The position numbers and the translations under genes are program-made. A DNA stretch of 64,000 nt from Eledone cirrhosa (Eukaryota). The notes beneath the pieces are model-generated. The model saw only the letters and a list, made by a program, of their open reading frames with translations. It did no database searches and was not told the DNA's origin. Location of the stretch: NCBI GenBank assembly GCA_964016885.1, contig OZ024742.1, forward strand, positions 28,458,001-28,522,000, written 5' to 3'. Positions 40,555 to 56,197 of the stretch are shown here, piece by piece (positions within the stretch are counted from its first letter, which is position 1; every line of letters begins with the position of its first letter).

Positions 40555-41128
40555 TTTGGTGATGTTGCCAAGATAAAATAGATGCTGTACACCCTGTAAA
40601 GTGGTAGTGTTGGTGGCATGATAAAACATACAATGCTCCTTGTAAAGTGGTAGTGTTGTTACCAGAATAAAATAGACCTAGTACACCCTGGAAAGTGGTA
40701 GTGTTGGTGCTATGATAAAACACACAATGCACCTTGTAAAGTGGTAGTGTTGGTGCCATTATAAAACACAATGCACCTTGTAAAGTGGTAGTGTTGTTAC
40801 CAGAATAAAATTAACCTAGTACACCCTGGAAAGTGGTAGTGTTGGTGCTAGAATAAAATGCACCCCATGCACTCTGTAAAGTGGTAGTGATAGTGCCATT
40901 ATAGAACATACACAGTGTACCTTGTGAAGTGGTGGTTTTGGTGCCAAACTAAGATGCACCTGTGCACTTAGTAAAGTGGCAGTGCAGATGTCACAAGAAA
41001 TACACCAAGTATGTGGTTGACATTAAGATGTGTATCCAGCTGTAGAAATCAGCCTAAGACTGGTTGATCTGACCAGTCAGGTCTGAGATTCTATCCAAAC
41101 CATGGAAAGCAAGTATATGATGATGATA
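40555..41128 (+). mobile_element. RTE-tail element with ~47 bp tandem array
   Basis: GTAAAGTGGTAGTGTTGGTGC units, then ATCCAGCTGTAGAAATC and (GAT)n. Confidence 0.7.
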
Positions 41129-41182
41129 TACACTTGAGTTGAAAAATAGTAGAAATGGAGCTTTTCTATCTCAAAAATGGTT

Positions 41183-41620
41183 TCTGATTTAGACACAAGG
41201 CCAACAATTTGTGCGGAGGGAAAGTCAGTTAAATGGAACCAATGCATTACTGGTACATTATTTTATCGACCCCAGGGACGGTGGATTAGCAGTATCGGTA
41301 GAGCGTCAGACAACATATTTTGCAGCAAAGAGTTATGGGCTTTTACGTTATGAGTTTAACTCCCGCCGAGGTTAACTTTGCTTTTCATCCTTATAGGGTC
41401 AATAAAATAAAGTACCAGTAATGCACTGGGATAATTGCTGGCCTTGTGCCAAAAGTAGAAACAATTATTTTATCGACCCCATAAGAACAAAAAGCAAAGT
41501 TAACCTCAACGGAATTTGAATTCGGAATGTAAAGGGTCAAAACTCTATGCCACAAAGCATGTTGTCCGATGCTCTATGGATTGCTGCCAATCCACCACCC
41601 TTGCCTAACACAGAAATAAT
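41183..41620. mobile_element. SINE family 2 nested antisense in another family 2 SINE
   Basis: 18 bp TSD ATTATTTTATCGACCCCA at 41257-41274 and 41464-41481. Confidence 0.8.
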
Positions 41621-42195
41621 AGCCATTTATTAAATCATATGTTTTGTTACATGTATGAAATTAACATTTTCATAAGGAATTAAAAATCATTTATTTTTTA
41701 TATTTAATTATTAATATTTGTAATTTTAGTCTGGGCTGGCACACCTTACCGTATATGCTTCTGTTGCAAGATTATCTACACCATCCCACCAGACCCCACC
41801 TCACCCCAACACATGTCTGATGATTATTAATTTGACTTGATTAGTATTTCTCAAGTTGGCCATTAACTCTCATCGGACTGTAAGGAAATGGTGGATGCCT
41901 GATTTTAAATTTCTCAGCTGCCATGTTTCAACCATTTAGAAATTTAAAAATCAGACATCATGATGTCCCAAAACACCCAAGATACTTTATAAATGCAATT
42001 AAGCATGTGAGCAATACACCAACAGTGTAACCATACTGGTTCTGAAGATGGAGCTGTGAAATCCTCAAAACTTTCATATCCATACATTTAGGAATATTTT
42101 TGTTCCAAACTAAGTATAATGAACTAAGAAGAAAATACGAAACATGCCTTTATAAATGTGATCAAAATGGGGCAAAGTTGTGTTTTCAATAAAAC

Positions 42196-42236
<41 letters not shown>

Positions 42237-42595
42237 CATACATGTATATATATATATATATATATACATATATATTTAAAAAAAGGAAAAGAATGACTTC
42301 ACTTGTAGTTCTGAACAATTTGATTTAATTTTATAATATGATTTGGAAGATCTAATAAGTTCTTTGTTAACTTCAGTGAGAAGATTTTTAAAGATTCCTG
42401 GTTAACTTTCCTGAAGAACTTTCTCGCATTTGTCGGTGGCGATTGTGAAACTGAGATCAGGTTGTGTTGTGATGTGTGACTATATATGAGAGATTTGGGT
42501 GGTTCGGGGGAGGGGGTGTTAATGAGTGTTGGAGTTAAGGAGTGTTGATGGAGATTTAAAGGAATTAAAGCATATATATATATATATATATATAT

Positions 42596-42730
42596 AGTTT
42601 TAATATAGATGAGATTCTACAGGACTAGAACTGTTTCATTCATTAGAAATCATCAGGAATCTCTGATTCCTGATGATTTCTAATGAATGAAACAGTTCTA
42701 GTCCTGTAGAATCTCATCTATATTAAAACT
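42596..42730. repeat. Perfect palindrome (66 bp arms, TCT loop) with a hammerhead in each arm
   Basis: Arms are exact reverse complements around 42662-42664. Confidence 0.95.
42665..42713 (+). ncRNA. Type-I hammerhead candidate
   Basis: GATTC-CTGATGA-TTTCTAATGAAT-GAAACAG-TTCTAGTC-CTGTA-GAATC; the minus copy at 42611-42663 has a 7 bp stem I. Confidence 0.78.
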
Positions 42731-42796
42731 GTTATACTCTGCTATGTATTGAGTACCTTACTTACTGTGGTTACCTCCGATTCAACCCGGAATAAC

Positions 42797-42834
<38 letters not shown>

Positions 42835-43489
42835 AACCATTCTGTTGAGAACTTAATTCGTTTTGTGATATTTTGCAATTTTGCAATAATAACACACATA
42901 CTGAATTCATCCGCCAAAACTAAGGTTTGCCCTCCTTGTCGAGCCTCACGTAGGTTTTGATAATGGTCAGTCCTTCGCTTGGCACTTGAACTAAAAGCCT
43001 GTTGAGAAAGTGACTTCCTTGTTCGATCATCTTACCAAAAGTTAAACATTATTTGTCTAAGCAGACAGTACTTGATTTAGGAGTTGCAGAAACCCAAATG
43101 CTGGATTTTACCAACCTTCCAGGGGTCCGGGTATAATTTTCAATCATATTTTATTTGTTTTACCCGAATTACTTTGTTGTTTCTATGGCTGTGCGGATAA
43201 TGGTTTAACCATCATCTCAGTGTGTTTGGCCTTTTAACTTATGTTGTAGCTCTAGTCCACTAGCTTCTATGGAGCGCTTGCCACACATCTCGGAAGTTGT
43301 TTTTCGCTAATTTCCAATAGCCGAAATAAGATTCTTGCTAATTTATATTTATATATATATACAGAAAATAGTGAATGGTAACAGAAAGATAATTGATTGG
43401 GAGTTGTGTTGGGTTGTTTCGGGAGTGTTGTATATATATACATATATATATAAATACATATATCATCATCATCATTTAACGTCTATCTT

Positions 43490-43560
<71 letters not shown>

Positions 43561-44046
43561 CATGTATATATATATACATACACATATATATGTACACATG
43601 GACAGACATATATATATATATATATGCATACTTATACATATTCATACACATGTTTATGTACACACATACACACACACACACACACATATGTATGTATGTG
43701 TGAGTGTGAATGAGTAGATTTCTTTCCCAAGGGGTTGAACACGATACTCAAAGCAATACTTCACACTACATCAGTCTGAAAATAGAACTTCATCCCAGTT
43801 AATCCAGCATCAATCCAACACACATCTCTCTAATGTAATTCTCTCTAATTAGATTTTTTAATGATATCAATTATGATGACATATTTGTGCAAATTATTTA
43901 AATCTGTTCAACATTAAATTGTAGAGTTAATGGAGGAAAGCTCAGAGAATATGAAGTGAAATCCCCATGACATGTTCAAATGTATATATATATGTGTGTG
44001 TGTGTGTGTATATGTACGGCATGTATGTATGTATATATATATATAT

Positions 44047-44170
44047 ATCATGTTTAATATAGAAATGGCCTTCCACAGGATTAGAACTATATATTATATT
44101 AAACATGATGTTTTCACTCTACTAAGGTATTGAGTACTTTACTAAATCTGGTTTCCCCCAATTAAACCCA
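44047..44170. mobile_element. Collapsed member of the 42596 family
   Basis: ATCATGTTTAATATA..TATATTAAACATGAT arms, CAGGATTAGAACT remnant, bulged hairpin at 44116-44137. Confidence 0.55.
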
Positions 44171-44245
44171 GAACTCATATATATCATCATCACTATTTAA
44201 CGTCCATTTTTCCATGCTTGCATAGGTCAGTCGGGACATCTGCAG

Positions 44246-44285
<40 letters not shown>

Positions 44286-44291
44286 TGTATG

Positions 44292-44331
<40 letters not shown>

Positions 44332-44339
44332 TATGTATG

Positions 44340-44370
<31 letters not shown>

Positions 44371-44417
44371 ATATATATATATATATGTATGTATATAGAT
44401 ATATATATATATATATG

Positions 44418-44456
<39 letters not shown>

Positions 44457-44459
44457 ATG

Positions 44460-44513
<54 letters not shown>

Positions 44514-44569
44514 TATGTATGTATATATATATATATATATGTATGTATATATATATATATATATGTATG

Positions 44570-44608
<39 letters not shown>

Positions 44609-44609
44609 G

Positions 44610-44975
<366 letters not shown>

Positions 44976-45047
44976 TATATGCATATATATATATATATAT
45001 ATGTATGTATATATATATATATATATATGTGTATATATATATATATA

Positions 45048-45078
<31 letters not shown>

Positions 45079-45121
45079 GTGTATATATATATATATATAT
45101 GTGTATATGTGTATATATATA

Positions 45122-45176
<55 letters not shown>

Positions 45177-45178
<2 letters not shown>

Positions 45179-45995
45179 ATCACGATAAATCAACGGAGGC
45201 ATAGGCCGTCGTTATTCCCTGTAAATAATGTGCTCAAAGGGGAAGAGATCCTGAGCCCCTTAAAATATAATATGTTGAGAAGGTAACACACCAGAGAGAG
45301 ATATATAGTGCGTTATCAATAATACAGGGAAAAAACCACCAGTGTATGGAATCTATAACCTAGTTATAGATTCCATACACTGGTGGTTTTTTCCCTGTAT
45401 TATTGATAACGCACTATATATCTCTCTCTGGTGTGTTACCTTCTCAACATATTATATTTTAAAGGGCTCAGGATCTCTTCCCCTTTGAGCACATTATTTA
45501 CAGGGAATAACGACGGCCTATGCCTCCGTTAATTTATCGTGATATTTCGCTCCTAACAACAGTCTTTCCTATCTCTGCTTGGTTGAGCACACTTCTCTGA
45601 GTGGCTTTGGGCTGCCCTTTCTAGCAGTTCGTCTCTCAGACGCCACTGGTTCACTGCCCTTAAACACGCTGTGACTTCTCTCTCCCACGTGTAGCTGGAC
45701 AGTCAATTGTAAAATTCTCTTAGTGTTGTCTGAAATGTATGGCCTTACACACGCTGATGAACCGAGACTAACATTTCTTTCAATAAATTACTGCTGAAAC
45801 ATATCTTTGGATTTGTACGTGTGTTATATAGTTATAGAGGTATTTATTTACGCTTTAATTTATATTTTTAATTATCGTGTCTATAGTCTGCCTTTCATAG
45901 GTTATAGATTCCATACACTGGTGGTTTTTTCCCTGTATTATTGATAACGCACTATATATCTCTCTCTGGTGTGTTACCTTCTCAACATATTATAT
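45177..45995 (+). mobile_element. Retrozyme/pLTR-like element: inverted arm + 538 bp unit + partial tandem copy
   Basis: Palindrome 45177-45545 (loop CTA); unit start GTTATAGATTCC at 45363 recurs at 45901; (TA)n on both sides. Confidence 0.85.
45747..45824 (+). ncRNA. Type-I hammerhead candidate
   Basis: ACACACG-CTGATGA-(35 nt)-GAAAC-ATATCTTTGGATTT-GTA-CGTGTGT; 7 bp stem I. Confidence 0.78.
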
Positions 45996-46000
45996 GTATG

Positions 46001-46031
<31 letters not shown>

Positions 46032-46098
46032 ATATATATATATATGTATGTATATATATATATATATATATGTATGTATATATATATATATATATATG

Positions 46099-46153
<55 letters not shown>

Positions 46154-46240
46154 ATATATATATGTATGTATGTATGTATATATATATATATATGTATGTA
46201 TATATATATATATATATATGTATGTATATAGATATATATG

Positions 46241-46275
<35 letters not shown>

Positions 46276-46462
46276 GTATGTATATATATATATGTATGTA
46301 TATATATATATATATATATGTATGTATATATATATATATATATATGTATGTATATATATATATATATATGTATGTATATATATATATATATATGTATGTA
46401 TATATATATATATATATGTATGTATATATATATATATATATGTATGTATATATATATATATG

Positions 46463-46505
<43 letters not shown>

Positions 46506-46524
46506 ATATATATATATATGTATG

Positions 46525-47931
<1,407 letters not shown>

Positions 47932-47942
47932 TATATATATAT

Positions 47943-48062
<120 letters not shown>

Positions 48063-48433
48063 CAGATGGCTTAGTGGTTAGAGCATTGGCCTTGCAATCG
48101 AAAGGTTGTGAGTTCAATTCTCGGACCGGGTGATGTGTTGTTTCCTTGAGCAAGACACTTTATTTCACATTGCTTCAGTTTACTCAGCTGTAGAAATGAG
48201 ATGATAGTGGAGGTGCCACGGCAAAAAAGCACCCAGCCCACACTGTAAATGAGGTTGGTGTAGAAATCAAGCCAGAATCAGTTCCCGTCCCACCCTTGCA
48301 AGCAGGGAAAAGCAGATGTAAAATGATGATGATGATATATGTATGTAGTTGAGGTGCCAAGAGAAAAGAGTCCTCAATAGCAAAGTAGTGTTTAATTATT
48401 CGTTTTATTAAAACTAAATAATGAGTCTTATTA

Positions 48434-48524
48434 CTCTGGAGTTTTACTTGTTTGCTCACAGGGTCATCGGACAAGAACTCTTTCTTCCCTGGTGACCCTG
48501 TGAGAAGCAGGCAAAACTCCAGAG
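48434..48524. repeat. Old inverted repeat with a decayed hammerhead in each arm
   Basis: Minus TCTTGT-CCGATGA..AAAAC-TCCAGA-GTA-ATAAGA; plus CTGGTGA-CCCTG..CAGGC-AAAAC. Confidence 0.6.
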
Positions 48525-48710
48525 CAACACTCACTATTTAACTTTAACAAAATGAGTATATATATATGTATTATATATATATGTAATTAATTAGAGTACA
48601 TGTTAGTTTATTGTATGAAGGTTAGAGCATGCAACAAAGTACACTAAAGTATATATGACTGATTATGAATAGTGACTTGTACTTCATGTTTATATACACA
48701 CACACCCACA

Positions 48711-49329
48711 TCTATATATATATAAAACTGAGGATGTCTGTCTGTGTGTGTGTGTGTGTCTGTGAGTTTGAATCCCTAAAATTCGAAAAGTACCCAATCG
48801 ATTTTTTACAAACTTTACATGTGTGTTACGTATGTTTCAGCGAGTGTTATGCACTTAAAAAATTCAACTTTTTGATCCTCTAGGGCCTGCGATTTTTCAT
48901 ATTTTTAAGTGTTTTATGAGGTGTTATGTCAGACCGATTTCTTTGAAATTGTAACTATGTATTAGTCAGTCTCTTCTTCATACTCTGAGCAAAAAAAATC
49001 CAACCTTTAGCATTAGGTGAAAAACTTCATTTTTTCAGCTTTTTATGGCGTTTTTGAGGCGTTACGTCTAGCCAATTTTCCCGAAATTTCAAGGCATATT
49101 ATGCACATAAAAAAAAATTCATTTTCTTAATCCCCTATAGCCCGCATTAGGTGATAACTTGCATTTTGCTGCTTCATCGAGGAAAATCTTAAAGATTATC
49201 CAGCCATCAGAGTATTCGGTTTATTTTCTTTACATATTGTCCAGGCATGCAGTTTTTCCACGATTAGGTCTATTGGCGGCCCACGTTCCAAAATACCTTA
49301 TCCCGTGCAACGCCGAGTACCACTGCTAG
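48711..49329 (+). mobile_element. Non-autonomous Helitron
   Basis: A|TCTATATATATAAAA 5' end; CCCGTGCAACGCCG subterminal GC-rich motif and CTAG|T 3' end. Confidence 0.75.
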
Positions 49330-49459
49330 TATATATATATAAGTGTCTGGAGATAGGTCACAATTTTGATCCCTCTTACATTCTGACGATATGGAGAGAA
49401 AGGAAGGTAGTCAAACCTTATTCCTTTGAATTTTCTGATACACTTTCTCACCACTCTAC

Positions 49460-49646
49460 TTGAATTGGCAGAATCGGTAGAGGGTCGTACGACTTGCTTT
49501 GACACATAGTTACGTCCCTTTATGGTCTGAGTACAAATCCCGCTGAGATTAACTTTGCCTTTCATCCTTACGGGGTCGATAAAATAAAGTACCAGTGATG
49601 CACTGGAGTAATTGCAGGCCTTGTGCCAAGAGTAGAAACAATTATT
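49460..49646 (+). mobile_element. SINE family 2
   Basis: TGGCAGAATCGGTAGAG head and GTACCAGT..ACTGG tail. Confidence 0.78.
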
Positions 49647-49904
49647 ATCATCAGCATCATTCAACACACATGCATATAGATGTATATATACTTACACACA
49701 CAGACATACACACAAGCTCTCAGGAGAGGAGGGAGACATGGTTTCAGTGCTTGCAACTGAGTAGCATCTAGTTGAGTCTCTAAAGTGAGAGGTGTTGATG
49801 CTCAGCCAAGCAACCGATTAAGTCGACTAAAGATAATTGAGTGTAGTATCAGTAGCAGCAGTGCAGCAATGTAATAGATGTAACAGCAATAACTACAACA
49901 TCCT

Positions 49905-49935
<31 letters not shown>

Positions 49936-50149
49936 CACATATGTATATATATACACATACACATATATATATATACACACACACATATATATATATACAC
50001 ACACACACATATATATATATACACATACACAGATGTATATATATACACATAGACATATATATACACACACACATATATATACACACACACATGTATATAC
50101 ACACACACACATTATATATATATACACATACACATATATATATACACAC

Positions 50150-50192
<43 letters not shown>

Positions 50193-50253
50193 CAATAAAG
50201 TATGTCCATAGAATCATTTGATAAAATATATACACCATCTTCTCTGCCAATCA

Positions 50254-50290
<37 letters not shown>

Positions 50291-50606
50291 CAAACACACA
50301 CATATACATACATATATATATATATGTATATTTATATATATACACACACACAATTACAATGCCATGGTTTTTGTTGTTCTCTCTTTAAATACGATATTTC
50401 ATAACAAAAAGGTTTATCCAATGAGGACAAACAAACAAACAGAGAGAGAGAGCAGCAGCAGAGAGGGAGATAGAACAGGAGATAGAGAGAGAGTGGGTGA
50501 GGAAGAGAGAAAGAGGAGGCACCAAGAAAAATATAAAAACTATGACAATTATTAATCATAGAGAAGTCAAGAAAAACAAATTGTTTCTTTCTTGTTTTGT
50601 TCCACA

Positions 50607-50660
<54 letters not shown>

Positions 50661-50706
50661 AGTTTTGTATGTATATATGTATATATATATATATATATAA
50701 ATATAT

Positions 50707-50746
<40 letters not shown>

Positions 50747-50792
50747 GCAAACATGGAAAGTAGATGTCAAACTGTGATAATAAATAGACATG

Positions 50793-50829
<37 letters not shown>

Positions 50830-51203
50830 ATATATATACATGTAGGAGTGTGTGTGTGTATGTGTGTGTGTGTGTATATATATATATGTAGGTGTGTATA
50901 TGTGTTATGGATGTGTGTATATATATATATATATGTATCAGTATTTACTTCATCCTGTGTGGTCTTGTATTTTGAGGGGGGGGGGAATGGAGAGAAAGTT
51001 TCGTTGTTAGTTTTGTCTGATTAAGAGTATATACCCCCCCTCCCCATTGCCCTCTACCTATCTGTCTACCTGCACAAGACATTAAGCTAACCACCACCCA
51101 TCACCATTATTGTCCACATCAACATCCTCCTTACTAATACCATCATTATACCAATATTTACACTTTAACCATTCCTCTCTACATCCTAATCAATCTTTTC
51201 CTC

Positions 51204-51495
51204 CAGGGCTGGATTTAATGGGGGGCAAAGGGGGAAATTGCCATGTGCCCCCTGCTGTGAGGGGCCCCACAAGGAAGGCCATAGCTATATATTTGTGACC
51301 TCAGCTGGGCTCTTAATTTTAGGATGGTTAGAATTTTTGAATTTAATACCTGTATGTATAACTTTTCTATTCCAATTACTTGCGCCAAGCTAACTTTGAT
51401 ATGTAAAACTGGCGGTTGCTGTGTATTCTACTATTGTGTATCAGTGGGCCAACCAAACCTGAAGGCCCTCGGGTCTCCCAATGTCTAAATCCAAA
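51204..51495. mobile_element. Possible hAT-like MITE
   Basis: CAGGGCTGGATTTA start, GGGGGCCCC internal motif, TAAATCC end. Confidence 0.4.
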
Positions 51496-52099
51496 CATAT
51501 TCAACATAACCACCTCCTCATCTTTCTTCTCTTCATCATTCTCACCATCTTCTTCATTGTTGTTAAGATAATTGTTTTGTTGTTGTTGTTATGTTGTTCA
51601 GCATCACTACCAGCTACACAGCCACCACCACCACAACTAGGACCACCATCACCATCACCGCCACAAACACTACGACTCTAACATCACAACCATATTGATG
51701 TTGTCATGTTGTTACCACCACCTTCCCCACCATCACTACCATCATCATCACAATCAACACCTCGACCATAACCACCACCACCACCACCATGTCTTCTCAA
51801 CCACAACTGCCATCACCATCAGCACCACGACTACTATCACTACCACTCTGTTATCACAACCACAACCACCACCATCACCATCCCTACCACACTATCATCA
51901 CAACCACAAACTCCACCATCAGAAGCACCATCACTATCACTACCACCATGTCACCACAACCACTTCTACCGTCACCACCACCCTATAATCGACAACCACA
52001 TGCACCACCATCCTGTCACCACCACCACCATTGCTGTTATTGTCAGAGATAATATTATTATGCTGTGAGATATAGTAAGCCACCTGACTACATAATATT

Positions 52100-52530
52100 A
52101 AGAGAGCCGTTTGAAAACTACCTTTTTAAATGATTTAGAAATATACAGTTAAAAAAGTCACATCACTGCCAACAATTTTTAAAACACAAACTGAAAGATA
52201 TTCAAAATTTCTAACAACATTTTCGTTCAGTCAGACAAAAGAAAACATCTTTATGAGACAAACCACTCTACATACAAAGATTTCTATCCAATAGTATCAC
52301 AAAGCTGTAGGAAAAAAATATCAACAACACATTAGATTCCATTAACTTAGAAGCTAAAGATTTTGCAACTAGCTTAAATATAGTCAATAGACTTGAAATT
52401 TTTGCACTACGAAACCATATATTACTTTTAAGAGTCACAAAACTAATTTCCTAAGTAAGTCGCCTACATGACTCAGCAAACCAAACAACAGTCAATTAGG
52501 TACAGTTATCAACATTTTTTAAAGATAAAA
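52100..52530 (+). pseudogene. Highly decayed PLE ORF fragment (pre-RT region)
   Basis: EPFEN..IFVQSDK..LY..NLEAKDFATSLNIVNRLE..ITFKSHKTNF..SQLG, homologous to the KDHK block at 6790. Confidence 0.6.
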
Positions 52531-53048
52531 TAAGAAGTTAGTAAAGTGTATAAAGTTGTTTATACACCAAATCACAGAGGTCAAATGCATACACAAACAG
52601 GCAAAGACTTTACTAAAATACATAGCGATTCGTGCTGAAAATTATATAAAAAATACAAGCTTTTGTACCTGCTGATGAAACCATTAAGCCTGTCTATGTT
52701 TCTATAAGCTTAACTAGCAGAAAAACATCAAGTTTCACAGTGTTCAGAGATTAAGTAATACTGTAGGTATAAAAGTAACGATCGACTTTCGTCAAATCGG
52801 ACCGAGGAAACAATGTTTCCGTTGGTCTTTCCAATTGCTAATACTATCTATCGGTCGCAACTCCAGGTAGAAGGAGCAATGTGAAATAAAGTGTCTTGCT
52901 CAAGGACATAACGCATCGCCTGGTCCAGGAATCGAACTCACAACCTTACGATTGGGAATCCAATTCTCTAACCACTCAGCCACACGCCTTCATTGTAGGT
53001 ATATTATGTTAATATAAAGAATTATGTGCTAATAAGCAGAGATTTAAT

Positions 53049-53169
53049 AAAATAGCTTATAAAATGAGGTGAAGACCCTTAAAACATAGAAAAAGAAGTT
53101 GCCATAGAAGTCAATGGCAACTTCTTTTCCGTCTTTTAAGGGTCTACACCTTATTTTATAAGCTATTTT
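53049..53169. repeat. Imperfect inverted repeat (~57 bp arms)
   Basis: AAAATAGCTTATAAAAT..GAAGTTGCCAT / ATGGCAACTTC..ATTTTATAAGCTATTTT. Confidence 0.8.
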
Positions 53170-53488
53170 GTAGAATCTCCATGAATGAGAACATCATTTT
53201 TATATTACTTTTATATTTTCGGTGCTCAGACTCAAAGAGATTGGCAACATATCTTCTTTAGAGGTATCATATCATCATTTTAATGTCAGTTTTTCCATGC
53301 ACGGATTGACTGGGTCCTTCTCAGCACAGCATCTCTCCACTATTCCTAGTCCTTCGTCATCTCCTATTCCAGTCTTAGCGATTTGAGGTCAGCTCTCTCA
53401 ACCTTTGCCTAAGTCTTTCTTTGTTGTCCTCTACTGTGGCTTCCTTCCACTGAAATATCCTGGCATTTCTTCACCCATCGGTCATTGT

Positions 53489-53741
53489 GTGAAGGTGCAT
53501 GGCTTAGTGGTTAAAGCATTGGGCTTGCAATCGAAAGGTTGTGAGTTCAATTCTCGGACCGAATGATGTGTTGTTTCCTTGAGCAAGACACTTTATTTCA
53601 CGTTGCACCAGTTTACTCAGCTGTAGAAATGAGATGATAGGACTGGGGTACCTATCATTAAATCACCCAAGACACCTCCAACGAGATATACCTTGGGGGA
53701 GGTCAGCTAAACCTGCATAGGTGTGAGCTGTCACACACACA
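53489..53741 (+). mobile_element. SINE family 1 inserted in an old RTE fragment
   Basis: 13 bp TSD CATCG(G/A)TCATTGT at 53476-53488 and 53742-53754. Confidence 0.82.
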
Positions 53742-54589
53742 CATCGATCATTGTCCATGTGCATTACATGCCAATACCAATGCAGTCTTCTCTCCTACAC
53801 ACCATTTCAGATATTATTTCAATATTGGTCACAGCATGGCTCAATGATTAAGACATTTGTCATATGATGGACTGTACCTGTACATCAAAGAGTTACCTTT
53901 GTCATACACCAAGAATTATGTTCTGGTCTAAGTCAGACCCAATATAACTTTTTGGAGCATTTTCAATGCAGGTCATATTAGCACAGTGTAAAGATACTAC
54001 CAAGATGTCAGAATATACTATTACTATAGTTGCAGTGATGTGCTGGATTTAGAATATTTCTAAATGTCTAATTTCTGGTGTAAATTCTAGTTGGTGGCAG
54101 TAACTAAACTTTGGGTGCAACTGTAACTAACTTTGATATAATATTTATTAAATAGTTTCTGGTGAGGATAGATGTATGGGAAGTATATCTATATGAGATA
54201 AAAGATATATGAAGCTTGTGGTTATATTGGATGATAAATATAAACTGTAAGGTGTGATAGTGGGGAAGGAGTTGAGCCAAATCTTTCTGATTCTATTTTT
54301 ATTTAGATGGAGGCAGGAGGAGAGCAGTTATATAGTTATAGTATGGGGTTGGATATATTCTATTTTTTCTTTGTATCTTCTCTCTTTTAAGGCATCCTTG
54401 TAATGATCTAGAACATTGTAAAAGGATTCTGCATCTAAAGATATGTTTGATATATGTCTGCCAATATTACTGACTAAATTTGTTCTAACTATGGGGAGAT
54501 GGTGAGAATATTTATGTTGTTGTTGTATAGTGTTGTGTAGTAGTAATAATGTATTATAGAGTTGTGAGGTAATAGTGGAGTAGAGCTAT

Positions 54590-55015
54590 TTATGGTGGTG
54601 GTGGTTGTGGTGGTGGTGGTAATGGTGAAAATGATGATAATGATGATAGTTGGGAGTCATCTTGATGGCAGGGATTGTGTTAATGGTGGTGATGGTGATG
54701 ATAATGGTGGTAATGGTATTGTGAAGGTGATGATGGTAATAATGGTATTGGTGGTAGTGATGATAATGTTGGTTATGGTATTGGTAGTGGCAATGAAGGA
54801 GGTAGTAATGGTTTTGATGGTGATGGTGATGATGGTGGTAATGGTTTTGGTGGAGATGATGATGATGGTGTTAATGGTATTGGTGGTGGTGGTGATGATG
54901 ATGGTGGTGGAGATGGTATTGTTGGTGGGAATGATGATGGTAGTAATATTATTGCTGGTGGTGATGATGGTGGTAGTAATAGTATTGGAGGTGATGATGA
55001 TGATGGTGTAGATGG
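54590..55015. repeat. (GAT)/(GGT) low-complexity tract
   Basis: Seen directly. Confidence 0.85.
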
Positions 55016-55584
55016 TATAGACAGAGAGAGGGGAGTCAGGGGAAGGTGTTACAGAAGTAACAATAAATATGGAAGTTTCTACTGATATTGGAAAATATCC
55101 TTTATTTTTTTCATATTTTATGTGTTTTTCTTTCCATTTAAAACTTTATTTCTTTTTGTTGTTTCTCTTTCTTCGGTATTGATAAAAAATGGTAACAAGA
55201 AAAAAAAGTGGGGAGAAGAAAAATCTATTTCTATGCAATGAGAGAGGAGTAGATGAAGATTCTAGAAATGCTGGCAATTCCATCCAACTTTACCAATGCC
55301 AGAAGGTTATTTTATGGTAAATTTGAAAAAACCTGTACAGACTTCTATGTAGTACACATGTACATGTGTATATACATATATATATATGTATATAGAATTG
55401 CATTGATACACATACATATGCATATATACATATATATTAACATGAATATATAAACACACACACATATATATATATATATTCACATCTGTTTTTACATATG
55501 TGTATATATACATATAAATTCACATATATATATATATATCATCATCATCATCATCATCGTTTAACGTCCATATCCCACGCTTGC

Positions 55585-55619
<35 letters not shown>

Positions 55620-55896
55620 CATGTATATGCACCTAATCTGAACTGTAAGGCAGTAGTGTTGGTGCCGCAAAAAGCACCACGTCCATCTTGTAAGCTGTTT
55701 ATGCCAGAGTCACAATAAAATGCGCTCAGTACACCCTGTAAAGTGGTTGTCATTAGAAAGGGCATCTAGCCATAGAAACCATGCCAAGTTCGTGGTCTCC
55801 CTTGTTTCAGTACCACAGAATTTCAATGCACACACGTATGTATGTATGTATGTATGTATGTATGTATGTATGTATGTATGTATGTATGTGTGTATA

Positions 55897-55979
<83 letters not shown>

Positions 55980-56071
55980 TGTAATAATAATAAATTTGAA
56001 GACTAAAATCCAAAGAGGGTTCGATAAGGATAAATATATATTAGATATTTAAGAGAACCGTAGAGCAAATT

Positions 56072-56197
56072 TTTATTAAAATAACAGATTAAAGTTTAAG
56101 CATAGGATCGCTGCTTTCACCCTTAACGGGATCTTCTGAAGATCCCGTTAAGGGTGAAAGCAGCGATTCTTTGCTTAAACTTTAATCTGTTATTTTA

